Positions 39,817 through 50,154 of a DNA stretch of 64,000 bases are shown here, piece after piece. Under the pieces are notes generated by a model. It saw only the letters and a list, made by a program, of their open reading frames with translations. It was not told the origin of the DNA and did not search any database. The number at the start of each line of letters is the position of its first letter. Position 1 is the first letter of the stretch. A program made the translations under genes and the position numbers. Origin of the DNA: Halobacteriovoraceae bacterium (GTDB lineage: Bacteria > Bdellovibrionota > Bacteriovoracia > Bacteriovoracales > Bacteriovoracaceae); contig JABGVH010000199.1 in assembly GCA_018646195.1 (NCBI GenBank), forward strand, positions 8,619-72,618, read 5' to 3'.

Positions 39817-41115
39817 CTAGTCCTGGCAACCACCCTTTTTAATTTTGCCCTGAATTTTAGGGTAGAGTTCGGCAGTCGAATTATCGATAAAGTAGAAATC
39901 GACTAGGCTGTTGAATAACTTTGGATCGCCGATTTTGGCGTAGCTTTTTTTGAGTTGGTTGAGGTTGCCAAACCCTTGGCCGGCGGCTTCTTCGCTATGG
40001 GTTTGGTTCATTAATTGGTAGAGGGTTGGTTGGCCCTTTGCTTCGAGTTCGAGGTTAATTAATTGCCAGACTCTGGCCGAGCCCCAAGCGTAGATGGAAT
40101 AGCTATTTGAGACGTCACGATTGACGAAATTGTGGAGGTTGTGTTGGTCATCTTGGTAGGCTTTGGGGTTGCGTCCTGAAAATTTGAGGTAGCGCTCGAC
40201 CTCAGTTAAAAGATGGCAGCGTTGTTTGTTGAGCTCCCCTTGTAATTGTTGCAACTTTTCATAGGTCGAACGGTCCTTATCAAAACAGTCCTCGATGACG
40301 CCCAGGTTGCTGACAACTTTGAGCATTTTCTCTGTTTGGGAGACACTTGACTTTAACTTGGCATCTAAGTCGCGTTTGAATGTTTGGTCATAGGCCAAAA
40401 ACCAAGTTAGTCCGTGAGCATATTGATTATCGACTCGATAAAGGCCTCCAAGCTCGTGCAGGCGGTGAGTAAAAGTATTATAGTCCTCATCACTGTTTAG
40501 CATGACGAAGGGTGGTCGATGAAAACCTGAGGCTTTAATTCCGGCCTCAATTCCTTCACGATTATTAAGCGCCGAAACTATTACAGGGGATTCCATACTT
40601 TTTGTTTTACCTGGGAATTTCTTGCTGAGCAGTCCCATTACTCGCTTAACTGTGGTGGCGTCAGGATTACCCTCTTCGGTGTAAATTGTATAACTACTTT
40701 GAGGCCCAGATTTTTCATTTTTCTTTTGGTATTTCTTTTTATCGAGAACAATCATCCCATCGTTACCGGTAGGAACAATATGTTGCTTGGGAAAAGTTTT
40801 TTCAGGAATTACTTTAAACTTAACATTTTTTCCACGATACCAAATAGGAGGAGTAATAATGGAGACATGCTTGCCCTGAATCCCGCGACCACGGATATCA
40901 ATTTCATCACTATTTTTAGTATCGAAGGGAACTGGATTCATGGTCCAACCTTTTTCAAATGGAACCCAGGCCCCATCTTTAGTCCGACCAATTTGCCAAC
41001 TATTTTCAATCTTTCGAATTTCCCAACTAGAATTATCTGGAAAGGTGCGCTTCTCTATTGAATACACATTTGTACTGAGCAATATGAAGGCAAAAAATAG
41101 AGATAGGGATTTCAA
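39817..41115 (-). CDS. Secreted hypothetical protein, degenerate gluzincin/M61-like
   Basis: Signal peptide; HELGG...AHGLTWF...YAWGS spacing resembles HExxH...EG.T.Y...Y.KG. Confidence 0.5.
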   Translation of the reverse strand: MKSLSLFFAFILLSTNVYSIEKRTFPDNSSWEIRKIENSWQIGRTKDGAWVPFEKGWTMNPVPFDTKNSDEIDIRGRGIQGKHVSIITPPIWYRGKNVKFKVIPEKTFPKQHIVPTGNDGMIVLDKKKYQKKNEKSGPQSSYTIYTEEGNPDATTVKRVMGLLSKKFPGKTKSMESPVIVSALNNREGIEAGIKASGFHRPPFVMLNSDEDYNTFTHRLHELGGLYRVDNQYAHGLTWFLAYDQTFKRDLDAKLKSSVSQTEKMLKVVSNLGVIEDCFDKDRSTYEKLQQLQGELNKQRCHLLTEVERYLKFSGRNPKAYQDDQHNLHNFVNRDVSNSYSIYAWGSARVWQLINLELEAKGQPTLYQLMNQTHSEEAAGQGFGNLNQLKKSYAKIGDPKLFNSLVDFYFIDNSTAELYPKIQGKIKKGGCQD

Positions 41116-41654
41116 AATTCGAGCTGTTTAGAGAGCTCGACGGGTTTATCATTCCAACAAGGTTTGACTCGATTGATTCCAACTTGTGAAAAATCGACTA
41201 TTACTACCTCTTTAATAGCACTTTTATCTTCAGTGAGATTAAAACTTAGTATTGTGGAAACTTTATCTTCGGCGCCGGAGGCCTTGTAAAACACGACCCG
41301 CTGGCCTTTGATTTTGCCACTTTTATATTTCTCTTCAATTGTTTTAGTACTTAGTCTTTCATCTCCAGAAAAAGATACCTTAAAGGATTTTTTTGCCGCA
41401 TAATTCATGCCCTGCCCTGGCTTAGCGTAGAGGGTGACTTCGAAAGCTTTTTTATCAACTTTAATTGATAGGTCACACTTTGAAGCTGAAAGAGCATCTT
41501 TCATTTCAAACTTGCCACTTGAAAGTGCAGCACTCAGATCCTTGAATGCCGCTACAGAGGCATCTGTTGGTGTTTTCTCTGTAATCCACTCATCTCCCGC
41601 AAAAAGGGAAAAAGGTACTAGTGAAATAAGAAACAAAAATAGTAGTTTATTCAT
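41112..41654 (-). CDS. Secreted hypothetical protein
   Basis: Signal peptide MNKLLFLF..SLFA from ATG 41654; overlaps the next gene. Confidence 0.7.
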   Translation of the reverse strand: MNKLLFLFLISLVPFSLFAGDEWITEKTPTDASVAAFKDLSAALSSGKFEMKDALSASKCDLSIKVDKKAFEVTLYAKPGQGMNYAAKKSFKVSFSGDERLSTKTIEEKYKSGKIKGQRVVFYKASGAEDKVSTILSFNLTEDKSAIKEVVIVDFSQVGINRVKPCWNDKPVELSKQLEF

Positions 41655-41779
41655 AATAACTCTCTGGAGACTATGCTTCAAAATTCTTTTCGACTTTCAA
41701 TCGTTTCTCTTTAATTTATTTTAAATTTTCGCTAATTACACCTGATTAAGCAGCCGAAAGGTCTTGCGAGGGTATAGTT

Positions 41780-44700
41780 ATGTCAAAATGGATCTCCATT
41801 TTTCTTGTCTTATTTTTAACAGTAAACACAGTCGACGCCCAGATTCGGCGTGGTAAGTTAGGTCAACGTAGAACCAAAGACGATGCCGCAAAACCAGTGA
41901 ACTATAAAGACACAGAAGCAGAGGACGATGAAACCGGATGGTTCGGTTCTCTCTGGAATTTTGGTGTTAAGACACTTGGCATAGGAAGCGATGAAAAAGA
42001 AGCCACCGTGACAGTCACTTCGGTTAATACCGATTCCCGCCATTGTAATGTAAAGTCTGGGCATATTGAAAGATTCGTTACTGCTATTAATGAAGGTAAC
42101 TACGGCAAGGAATTGGCCGCGGCTGTTTTAAGAGAAAGCAGAAAAGACAAATGGATCGCCTGGGAAGTTGGGCTTCATTTCTGTCGTCTCGAATATGGAA
42201 TTCCAACCACTGGACAACCCGAGAAATTTAGAAGTCTCGATGATCGCTCAAAAATCGCCAGAGACGCCCGCTACCCGGCTGGACTGCAGCCACAATTAGA
42301 AGAAGGTTGGCCTGATGATCATCAAAAGGCGCTACATGGAGTAGGAGCGACTGGACAAGTTGGAGGCCACGGCTTTCAATCAAAGAATTGTAAAGTTTGC
42401 CATGAAAAACAATGGGAAGAGTGGCGCAGCTCGGCCCACGCCAGGGCCACCGTAGACCTTGGTTTTAATTTATTTGAAAAACAACTGAGAGAAAATAATT
42501 TAGCGACTCCTCACCAAGGTCTCGGCTTTGACGGCAGTGGTGTACCAACAACTCAGCTCTGTGGTGGCTGCCATATCGGAGTTGGTCAAGAAACAATTCT
42601 CGATGCCGGCCCAGTCCCCTTAGATAGTGACCGTTTTCTATCCCACGCAGTGAGTGAGGAAGAGGCCCAGGGTATTTCCTGTGTAACTTGCCATACAAAA
42701 TCGGGAATAGATAATACAGTCAACCTCAACCTTGGTTTAACTGGAGACGGGATTGGAAATGGTGCTAGTCTCCAAGACTTTGAACCGCATAATGTTATTG
42801 GTGCTGTTCTTTGGGGACCTTATCCTCAAGATGAAATAAATTCCCCCCATACTTCCAAGCAATGGGGCTTTGCAACTGAAACCAACCACGGGAAATCAGG
42901 AAAGGGTTGTAAGAAGAAATACGACAGCAGTGGCTTATGCCTCACCTGCCATGATGTTCGCCTTCCAACTGAAGATACCAAAGAGGGTCAGCCTTTTCAG
43001 CGACTAGAAAATTTAGCGACAGAATACGGACATTATAGAGAAGAAGGTGGAAAATTCACCTGCATAGAATGCCATATGACCCAAGATCCTAATTGTAAAC
43101 CCGGCGTCTTTTCTGCTCAACCACTCTCGTCTGTTGTATCTCAAACCGGATGCCGAACCAATCACCAATTCTTAGGCATTACAGTTCCTCTTCAAAAGCA
43201 CCGTGGTCGCTTTGAAGATATTGATTCAAAAGACCTCACTGAATTAGGTGGCCATCTCGGACGAGAACAACTCCGTGAATGCCTTTTGAGACAAGCGGCT
43301 ACCCTGGATGCTCCTAAAGAAGAACAACAAATTATTCAAAGAGACGGAGAAACTCTACTGGTTATTGAACCGACCGTTTCAAATACTGGAACCGGTCACG
43401 GAATTCCATCAGGATTTTCTCAAGAACGTGAAGTATGGTTAAAAATTGAAGTGACTGATGACGATGGTAACGTGGTTTACCGTTCAGGACAGACTTGGGG
43501 AGATATAAAAGGAAAAGAACGTGAAGAGTGGGCCAAGAAGCTTGGATTTTCTAGCGTTCAGGCCTTTAATAATGTCGTAGTAGACGAAGACCTCGCCCAC
43601 GAATTAGTAGTTCTCGATCCTGTTACCATGGAAGCACAACACCTTAGGGATAAAGAGAGAGAAAAAATTGGTGCCGAAAAATACGGTACCCCTAGCTTAG
43701 AAAAATTTAATAATGACCTTGCGGCCAATCGAATTCCCGGTAAAACTGTCATTAGTGCTACTGAATTTTTAAATAACGCCATGGACTCTCCCAATAGAGA
43801 AAGATTTGCCCGACGTTATGGTTTTGATAATTTCCAAGACCTTCAAAATAAAATGGAATTTGCAGAATACTTTATCCATGATCGGGATAACCTCGCAAGC
43901 CAAGATATATTATACCGAACTGGTACAATTCAGCACGGTCCAGATTTTCCAGAAAGAGATGGTCATAGCAAACATGTGAATGGACTTAGAATTTACACTA
44001 ACCAATTTATTCGCAATCGAAAAGATGGCGGAGAGGAACTAGTATTTGTTCCTGGACTTGCCAATCACATGAATAATGATGAATCACTAAAACCTTTTAA
44101 GACAGATAAAGCACGCTACGAAATCCCTGTTGATCCCAACTACCAGGGGAGTTACAAGGTCAAGGCCAGTCTTAATTACCGTGCCTATCCTCCGCATTTT
44201 TTCAGTATGCTGGTGGAAAGCGAAAGGCGAAGGGCCATTCGAGAAAGCCGAAATCCTATCGCAGGATCCAGGGAATATCAGAATGCCGTTAAGACAATCC
44301 AAATGGCAGATATAGAGTACGAAGTGAAAACTGATCCCTCAAAAATCAAGCTGGCGCAAAAATGTCAGGATGACTCCCTCAAAAAAGTAGTAGATCTTAC
44401 TAAGAGAAATAAATCACCTGAAGATATGCTGCTTCTCACCAGTTTTGCGAATACTCTATGTCAGCAACCAGAGAAGCCAGATGACGCTCAATTAAAATGC
44501 CTATCCAACTTCATATTAGGTAGGCATCTGTTAATTGGAAACAATGGTATTTTTGGTGACACCGACGTAGCAAACGACGCCAAAAAACAAGAAGAATACT
44601 TAAAATTAGTCCAGAGCGTCTGTATAAATGGTGATTATGCCAATCGACCAGGCGATCGCTGTATAAGCGATAATTACAAAAAATATGGCTTTCAGCCTAA

Positions 44701-44812
44701 ATACTTCTTTAATTGTAAAAACCAATTAGAGGGCGTCATTTTCTTTGTAGAAAATGCCTTAAAAGGTATAGACGAAATCCAGGAGTTACCTCCCTGTCCC
44801 AATAGGGAGTAA
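41780..44812 (+). CDS. Large secreted multiheme cytochrome c (5 CXXCH, c554-like N-domain)
   Basis: CKVCH..QW.EW..S.HA, CGGCH, CVTCH, CLTCH, CIECH; N.G.GH.IPSG...RE.WL domain typical of this class. Confidence 0.92.
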   Translation: MSKWISIFLVLFLTVNTVDAQIRRGKLGQRRTKDDAAKPVNYKDTEAEDDETGWFGSLWNFGVKTLGIGSDEKEATVTVTSVNTDSRHCNVKSGHIERFVTAINEGNYGKELAAAVLRESRKDKWIAWEVGLHFCRLEYGIPTTGQPEKFRSLDDRSKIARDARYPAGLQPQLEEGWPDDHQKALHGVGATGQVGGHGFQSKNCKVCHEKQWEEWRSSAHARATVDLGFNLFEKQLRENNLATPHQGLGFDGSGVPTTQLCGGCHIGVGQETILDAGPVPLDSDRFLSHAVSEEEAQGISCVTCHTKSGIDNTVNLNLGLTGDGIGNGASLQDFEPHNVIGAVLWGPYPQDEINSPHTSKQWGFATETNHGKSGKGCKKKYDSSGLCLTCHDVRLPTEDTKEGQPFQRLENLATEYGHYREEGGKFTCIECHMTQDPNCKPGVFSAQPLSSVVSQTGCRTNHQFLGITVPLQKHRGRFEDIDSKDLTELGGHLGREQLRECLLRQAATLDAPKEEQQIIQRDGETLLVIEPTVSNTGTGHGIPSGFSQEREVWLKIEVTDDDGNVVYRSGQTWGDIKGKEREEWAKKLGFSSVQAFNNVVVDEDLAHELVVLDPVTMEAQHLRDKEREKIGAEKYGTPSLEKFNNDLAANRIPGKTVISATEFLNNAMDSPNRERFARRYGFDNFQDLQNKMEFAEYFIHDRDNLASQDILYRTGTIQHGPDFPERDGHSKHVNGLRIYTNQFIRNRKDGGEELVFVPGLANHMNNDESLKPFKTDKARYEIPVDPNYQGSYKVKASLNYRAYPPHFFSMLVESERRRAIRESRNPIAGSREYQNAVKTIQMADIEYEVKTDPSKIKLAQKCQDDSLKKVVDLTKRNKSPEDMLLLTSFANTLCQQPEKPDDAQLKCLSNFILGRHLLIGNNGIFGDTDVANDAKKQEEYLKLVQSVCINGDYANRPGDRCISDNYKKYGFQPKYFFNCKNQLEGVIFFVENALKGIDEIQELPPCPNRE

Positions 44813-44814
44813 GA

Positions 44815-45060
44815 CTAGACTTCCATAGGGATGGGAATAAAGTACTCAGTATTCATAATTTCCGGTCGGATATCGTCGCTTGCCTTTGCAATCAATTTTT
44901 CCCACTCTGGCGTTAAAAGGACTTCTTCCTCCCCATCGTCGAGGTAATAGGCTCCACTCTTAGAGAGCACTTTCCCAATCAAAAGCCCCCACTCTTCCTG
45001 ATCATTTGGTGGGATAAAAACTAATGCCAGTGGCAGACCTACTAATTCGCTGTATTTCAT
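44815..45060 (-). CDS. Small acidic hypothetical protein
   Basis: 81-aa ORF with GGAG RBS directly after tldE. Confidence 0.7.
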   Translation of the reverse strand: MKYSELVGLPLALVFIPPNDQEEWGLLIGKVLSKSGAYYLDDGEEEVLLTPEWEKLIAKASDDIRPEIMNTEYFIPIPMEV

Positions 45061-45069
45061 ATCTCTCTC

Positions 45070-46362
45070 CTATTTTCCTGAAACGGTCCAGCCGCTTATC
45101 TGAACCCAAGGAATAAAGCCAGAGCCTGACTCATTTCTCTCACTGGAAATATCTGTAATATTTTTAAACCCTTCTACTAAGTTTCCCGACACCATCACTT
45201 CCTGAACAGGAAATTGAATTTTACCGTCTTCGATATAGTAACTATTCTTAGCGACACCAGAGAAGTCGCCATTACCACTAGGTCGACCTCCAGAAAAGCG
45301 ACAGAGCAGTAGCCCTTTCTTAACCGACTTAATCATCTCAGCTAGCTCTTTATTACCAGCGGAGACAAAAGGGCGATTAGCGTCGTTTCGGACATTTTCT
45401 AGTTTTGTCTTATTAGCGCCGTACTGGCTGAGGAGATAGGTATTAAGCTTTCCGTTCTCAATAATTTTGAGGTCCTCTGCACGGTACCCTCCACTGGTTA
45501 CGAAGTCGCGGTCAGCAAGTAGTTCACTAGTTGGATTTGAGGAAATGCTAAGAGACTCATGAGCTATCTGCTCTCCTACTTGATCTTTAAAGACGCTAGA
45601 ACCTGAGATCATGTAATAATCTCCAAGGTAGCTAAGATAAGACCCAAGAAAAGAGTCAAAGGCATTAGGAGTCACAATTACGTCACCGACAAATTTTCCT
45701 TCTAATGGCTTAAGAACTGTTTGTTCACCAGATTGCCTTAGCAAGGTATCAAACTGAGCGGTTTCAATCAGAGGCTTATCAAGATTTTTTAGAGATACTG
45801 AGTCATAATTAAACGAGGAGACATTTCCATCTTCTTTAGAAGTAAACATCGCCATAAAGTTATAGCTACCCTTTGTCTCTTTAAAATCAACTCCATTAGA
45901 ATTTAAGATATAAGAGGTGGTGCGGTTATAATCCACCATGCATCCCTCTAATATGGTTGTTGGATAGCGTTTTTTAGTTTCCTGTTGAAACTCAACCAGC
46001 CGTTGGTACATTTTATCAAGATCTGGGGAATCAACACCATAGCTGAACTCGGCTGCTTCTTGCATGGGAGAAATATCATGGGCATCGTCAGGCTGAGAAG
46101 CTTTCGCCAATTCCAAAACATCTTTGACGGCCTGATCAATCGAGTCTTTATCTGTTTTATTTATAGAGATATTACCTATGCAATTGCCTTTTATAACTTT
46201 TAGCCCCAATCCATTATTAAAGGTAGTTCTCAATAGGTTGATATTATCTGCTTCGAGATTTAGCTCATTTTTTTCTGAGCTTGTAAGAACGCATTTTGCC
46301 TTCTCTGCACCACTTTCCATTAAGGCCTTAAGTGCATACTGGGCTATTTCTTTCGCTTGCAT
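45070..46362 (-). CDS. tldE: TldE/PmbA family protein
   Basis: Follows tldD; GDFSG, IEDGKI.FPV..VM.SGN; lacks HExxxH. Confidence 0.88.
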   Translation of the reverse strand: MQAKEIAQYALKALMESGAEKAKCVLTSSEKNELNLEADNINLLRTTFNNGLGLKVIKGNCIGNISINKTDKDSIDQAVKDVLELAKASQPDDAHDISPMQEAAEFSYGVDSPDLDKMYQRLVEFQQETKKRYPTTILEGCMVDYNRTTSYILNSNGVDFKETKGSYNFMAMFTSKEDGNVSSFNYDSVSLKNLDKPLIETAQFDTLLRQSGEQTVLKPLEGKFVGDVIVTPNAFDSFLGSYLSYLGDYYMISGSSVFKDQVGEQIAHESLSISSNPTSELLADRDFVTSGGYRAEDLKIIENGKLNTYLLSQYGANKTKLENVRNDANRPFVSAGNKELAEMIKSVKKGLLLCRFSGGRPSGNGDFSGVAKNSYYIEDGKIQFPVQEVMVSGNLVEGFKNITDISSERNESGSGFIPWVQISGWTVSGK

Positions 46363-46364
46363 AA

Positions 46365-47744
46365 TTATCTCCCTCCAATATTTAATTTACATTTAATAGC
46401 AGGTCCACCCATGCCAACAGGGATGATCTGTTTTTTTCCACACATCCCGGCATTTCCCCAAGACATTTCATCGCTGACCATATCGACAGTTTTTAGGACA
46501 TCAAAGGCGACTCCTGAAATAGTGGTGTCTTTTATCGCCTTCCCTAGTTTTCCATTTTTAATTTCATATCCAAGAGGCACACCAAACATAAATTCTGAAG
46601 TTGAGTCGGCCTGACCATTACTGGGGCGGAGCATATAATATCCATCTTCTACGGAGGAGATCATTTCTTCTAGTTTTGATTTGCCGGGTAAAATTGCAGT
46701 ATTTCTCATTCTAATTAGTGGCTCATCTGAAAACTGATAGGCCCTGCCATGACCTGTGGCCTTGTGCCCAAAGTGTTTGGCTGACTCTTTATTATGCATA
46801 AAGTTTTTCAAAATCCCTTCTTCAATCAAAACGGTATCTTCAGCTGTCGTTCCCTCGTCATCCATGTAGACGGGAACCGGTAGTGTTTTACCATCGTAAG
46901 AATGGGCAAAATCGACCAGCGTAACGAGAGGTGAAGAAACTTCTTTGCCCAGCATTTCCCTGGCCACCGATCCACCGAGCACAATATCGGCTTCGACGGT
47001 ATGGCCAATAGCTTCATGGGCAAGAATTCCCGCGAGGTCCGAATCGAGTACAACAGTCTTCTCTCCCGCTTTAGCGTGAACCCCCTCGTTCTTTCTTATT
47101 AAATGTTCATGTAATTTATCTATTTCAGAATATAAGGCATCGGGAGTAGTGAAAATATCTTCAAACTGTCCTAACCCACCATAGAAATTATAAAGCTCAC
47201 AAGGACCGTCGTTTCCTTCGACACTCATTCGAATAACAATATTTGAGCGTGGGGTCATCGAATAATTTTCTGAGCCGTAGGATGTGAGGAGCCGTTTTTC
47301 CATATCCAAGTTGGCCAATATTACAGATCGGCTTTGAAGCTTTGGATATTTTTTAAAAATATAATCATCTAAGTCCTTGCAAAAATCGATATATTCTTTT
47401 TGCCCAAGACGAGACTTCTTAGTTGTTAAGTCAAAACTCTGAGTTCCTTTTAGCAGGTCAAAATCAATCTCTTGAGAATTTCCTTTATCTGCCATAAACT
47501 TTGCATTTCGAGCCGCGGACTTTAAAACCGCTTTAACAGATTCTGTGTTCCATTCTGGATTAGATGCAAATCCCCATAATCCTTTTTGGCAGACCCTAGC
47601 TCCAATACCGCTATTTGATGATTTGGTATTACTAGTAACATCTCCGTTTAATAAAGTTATGCGGGTGTCACGATTTTCTTGAACTCGAAGTTCTGTGTAG
47701 CCACTGAAGCTATTTTCAAATTCTTTTAAACTTGTAGGTAACAT
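46365..47744 (-). CDS. tldD: TldD family metalloprotease
   Basis: AHEAIGH..EAD, DDEG, RMRNT, C-terminal CGK.Q..PVG.GGP. Confidence 0.93.
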   Translation of the reverse strand: MLPTSLKEFENSFSGYTELRVQENRDTRITLLNGDVTSNTKSSNSGIGARVCQKGLWGFASNPEWNTESVKAVLKSAARNAKFMADKGNSQEIDFDLLKGTQSFDLTTKKSRLGQKEYIDFCKDLDDYIFKKYPKLQSRSVILANLDMEKRLLTSYGSENYSMTPRSNIVIRMSVEGNDGPCELYNFYGGLGQFEDIFTTPDALYSEIDKLHEHLIRKNEGVHAKAGEKTVVLDSDLAGILAHEAIGHTVEADIVLGGSVAREMLGKEVSSPLVTLVDFAHSYDGKTLPVPVYMDDEGTTAEDTVLIEEGILKNFMHNKESAKHFGHKATGHGRAYQFSDEPLIRMRNTAILPGKSKLEEMISSVEDGYYMLRPSNGQADSTSEFMFGVPLGYEIKNGKLGKAIKDTTISGVAFDVLKTVDMVSDEMSWGNAGMCGKKQIIPVGMGGPAIKCKLNIGGR

Positions 47745-47754
47745 AAAAACATCC

Positions 47755-48861
47755 TTATAGAGATTTCTTTAAAGCATTTAAACAAAGTTCAATATTTTTT
47801 TCGGAGCTACTTTGCCCCATTAATCCTATTCTCCAAATTTTTCCGGCCAATGGCCCAAGGCCGCCACCAATTTCTAGACTAAATTGGCTTAGAAGCTGGT
47901 TGCGAATTTTTAAATCATCAGCAGGATTCGGTATCGATACTGAATTTAATTGAGGAAGACGCTCCCCTTCTGGAACGATGTATTCTAAGCCAAGTTCTTC
48001 TAATCCGGCCCGTAGCTTGAGATGATTAACTTGGTGCCGATCCCATGAATTTTCAAGACCCTCTTCTTTCAGCATTAACAGTGACTCGTGAAGTGCGTAG
48101 AGAGAATTAACTGGCGCGGTGTGATGATAAGAGCGCTTTCCGTCGTCACTCCAATACGCCATAACCAGGCTTAAATCGAGAAACCACGAGCGGCACTTTT
48201 CTTTTCTACTTTTTATTTTTTCGATGGCCTTTTGATTAAATGTAACTGGAGATAAACCTGGAGGTGCGGAAAGGCATTTTTGAGTCCCCGAATAAACGGC
48301 ATCGAGCTGCCATTCATCGACAAGTAAGGGGTTACCTGCAAGTGAGGTAACGGCATCTACAATTGTCAGACAATTGAATTCACGGGAAATTTTTGCCAGA
48401 GTCTCGGCATCGCTAAGGGCACCGGTAGAAGTTTCTGCGTGAACGAAAGCAACGATTTTAGCTTTTGGATTTTTTTCCAACGCCTCTTCTAGCTTTATAG
48501 GGCTAACTGCTCTTCCCCAATCTGATTCAACTAAAATCCCTTTTCCTCCCGCTCTTTCAACATTCTCAAGCATCCGAGCGCCAAACACACCATTTTTACA
48601 AACGATAACTTCATCACCCGGTTCTACTAAATTGAGAAAACAAGCTTCCATCCCAGCTGAGCCAGGTGCAGAGATTGGGAAGGTTAAAGAATTTTTAGTT
48701 TGAAAGGCGTAGCGTAGTAATTCTTTTATTTCATCCATTAACTTGCAGAACTCGGGGTCAAGGTGGCCAATAGTTGGCCTGGCCATGGCCTCGAGAACTC
48801 GTTGGCTAATATCTGATGGACCAGGTCCTAAAAGTGTTCGCTGTGGGGGAATGAAACTCAT
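47755..48861 (-). CDS. Class V PLP aminotransferase, alanine-glyoxylate/PucG-like
   Basis: LLGPGPS, GHLDP, VHAETSTG, DAVTS, SGTQKCL, YHHTAP, RIGLMG. Confidence 0.92.
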   Translation of the reverse strand: MSFIPPQRTLLGPGPSDISQRVLEAMARPTIGHLDPEFCKLMDEIKELLRYAFQTKNSLTFPISAPGSAGMEACFLNLVEPGDEVIVCKNGVFGARMLENVERAGGKGILVESDWGRAVSPIKLEEALEKNPKAKIVAFVHAETSTGALSDAETLAKISREFNCLTIVDAVTSLAGNPLLVDEWQLDAVYSGTQKCLSAPPGLSPVTFNQKAIEKIKSRKEKCRSWFLDLSLVMAYWSDDGKRSYHHTAPVNSLYALHESLLMLKEEGLENSWDRHQVNHLKLRAGLEELGLEYIVPEGERLPQLNSVSIPNPADDLKIRNQLLSQFSLEIGGGLGPLAGKIWRIGLMGQSSSEKNIELCLNALKKSL

Positions 48862-50153
48862 AGTTTTCTCCGTCCATGAACTATCTTGACGAAACTTCGA
48901 GTACGGAGTTCGTCCATTTTGAGCCCCGTTGCAAGAACTTCTTTTTCTGTAATAGCACCACTATTGAGGGCCTTTAAGAAGAAATTTAAGAGTCCTTGTC
49001 CGGTGGCGGCATCATCAAATACATCCCCTACTAACGTCGCTTTGGCGGCCTGCTCTATGAAGTTCTTAAGCCTAATTGTTGCTGCATCTAAGCTCTCAAG
49101 AAAGAAGGCGTAGAGCGCTCCGTAACGAACAGGTAATTGCGCTGGATGAAGATCCCAGCCTTGATAAAAAGCATGGCGAAGTGAATGCCGAATATGTTGA
49201 TAGCTTAGGCGCCAGGCAGCGTGGACAGAGTCACTGTCGCCAACTGGCATTACATTTGTTGCGCCATCAGAGAGCCAAAGACCAGTTCCACTAAAAGCAT
49301 TTTTCATCATATGCCTCGCAAAGTCGCAAGCGGGGTGGTCCATTGCTTGGAATTCAGCGGTAATATTATTTGAGGCAGTATAGTCATAGGTTCCAAAGTG
49401 GGCGGCAATACAGCGCCCTTTAGCCGCCTGTAAAAAATTAGGCATTGGGCAAACGCCTTCTGGAGACAATATCGATTGAGTGGTTTCAATCATAAACTCC
49501 ATTTTTAAAGCACCAGACTCTAGTTCTGTTTTTTGTTCCAATAATTCAAATGCATTCACAAGAGCACTTACTTGGGCCACATTTACAATTTTTGGTAAGG
49601 TAACTACGAAATTATCTGGTAGTTTACCACCAGATTGGCGAACCAAAGTAGTAACAAATAAGTCCAGAGTTCTGAAGGCCCTGCCCTGCAATTCCTCTGT
49701 TAAGGTTTTAATTCGGATTCCAATAAAAGGAGGTAATGTCCCTTGTTGCATTCCTTCATAGACATGGTTAGCTGCCTTGACGGCAGTTTCATCTTCTTCT
49801 TGGTCGGGGCGGTTTCCGAAGCCATCTTCAAAATCAATTCGGAAGTCTTCGAGGGCCTCTCTTTCAAGTTTTTCTTTAACACGCGCATAGACGGTGTCGG
49901 CCAGCTCTTCAGAGAAACCCAATGCTTTTTGAAAAGTTCTGGGATTGGGAGCGAATTCTTTAAAGGATTTAATAGCTAATTCGCTAATTTTCCCAGCGGT
50001 GTTAGATTTAAAAAGATGGGCCCCACCATATACAGTATGAACAGGCTGCCTTTTCTCGCTATCTCCAGGAAAAAATTCAAAAGTTCTTCTATTGGCCGTT
50101 GATAAATCATCTAAGGTCCCCTGCATATCTTCTTGAGTTAATGAAACTTTCAT
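48858..50153 (-). CDS. DUF6986-like HpcH/CitE/malate-synthase-superfamily lyase
   Basis: PVHTVYGGAHLF, EDFRIDFEDG, TLPK, HFGTYDY, SDGATN, QGWDLHPAQL. Start at ATG 50153. Confidence 0.8.
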   Translation of the reverse strand: MKVSLTQEDMQGTLDDLSTANRRTFEFFPGDSEKRQPVHTVYGGAHLFKSNTAGKISELAIKSFKEFAPNPRTFQKALGFSEELADTVYARVKEKLEREALEDFRIDFEDGFGNRPDQEEDETAVKAANHVYEGMQQGTLPPFIGIRIKTLTEELQGRAFRTLDLFVTTLVRQSGGKLPDNFVVTLPKIVNVAQVSALVNAFELLEQKTELESGALKMEFMIETTQSILSPEGVCPMPNFLQAAKGRCIAAHFGTYDYTASNNITAEFQAMDHPACDFARHMMKNAFSGTGLWLSDGATNVMPVGDSDSVHAAWRLSYQHIRHSLRHAFYQGWDLHPAQLPVRYGALYAFFLESLDAATIRLKNFIEQAAKATLVGDVFDDAATGQGLLNFFLKALNSGAITEKEVLATGLKMDELRTRSFVKIVHGRRKL

Positions 50154-50154
50154 T

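Noticed and set aside
44815..47744. RiPP (microcin-like) cluster built around TldD/E
   Set aside because: No YcaO, radical SAM or other maturase, no transporter and no Gly/Ser/Cys-rich precursor nearby.
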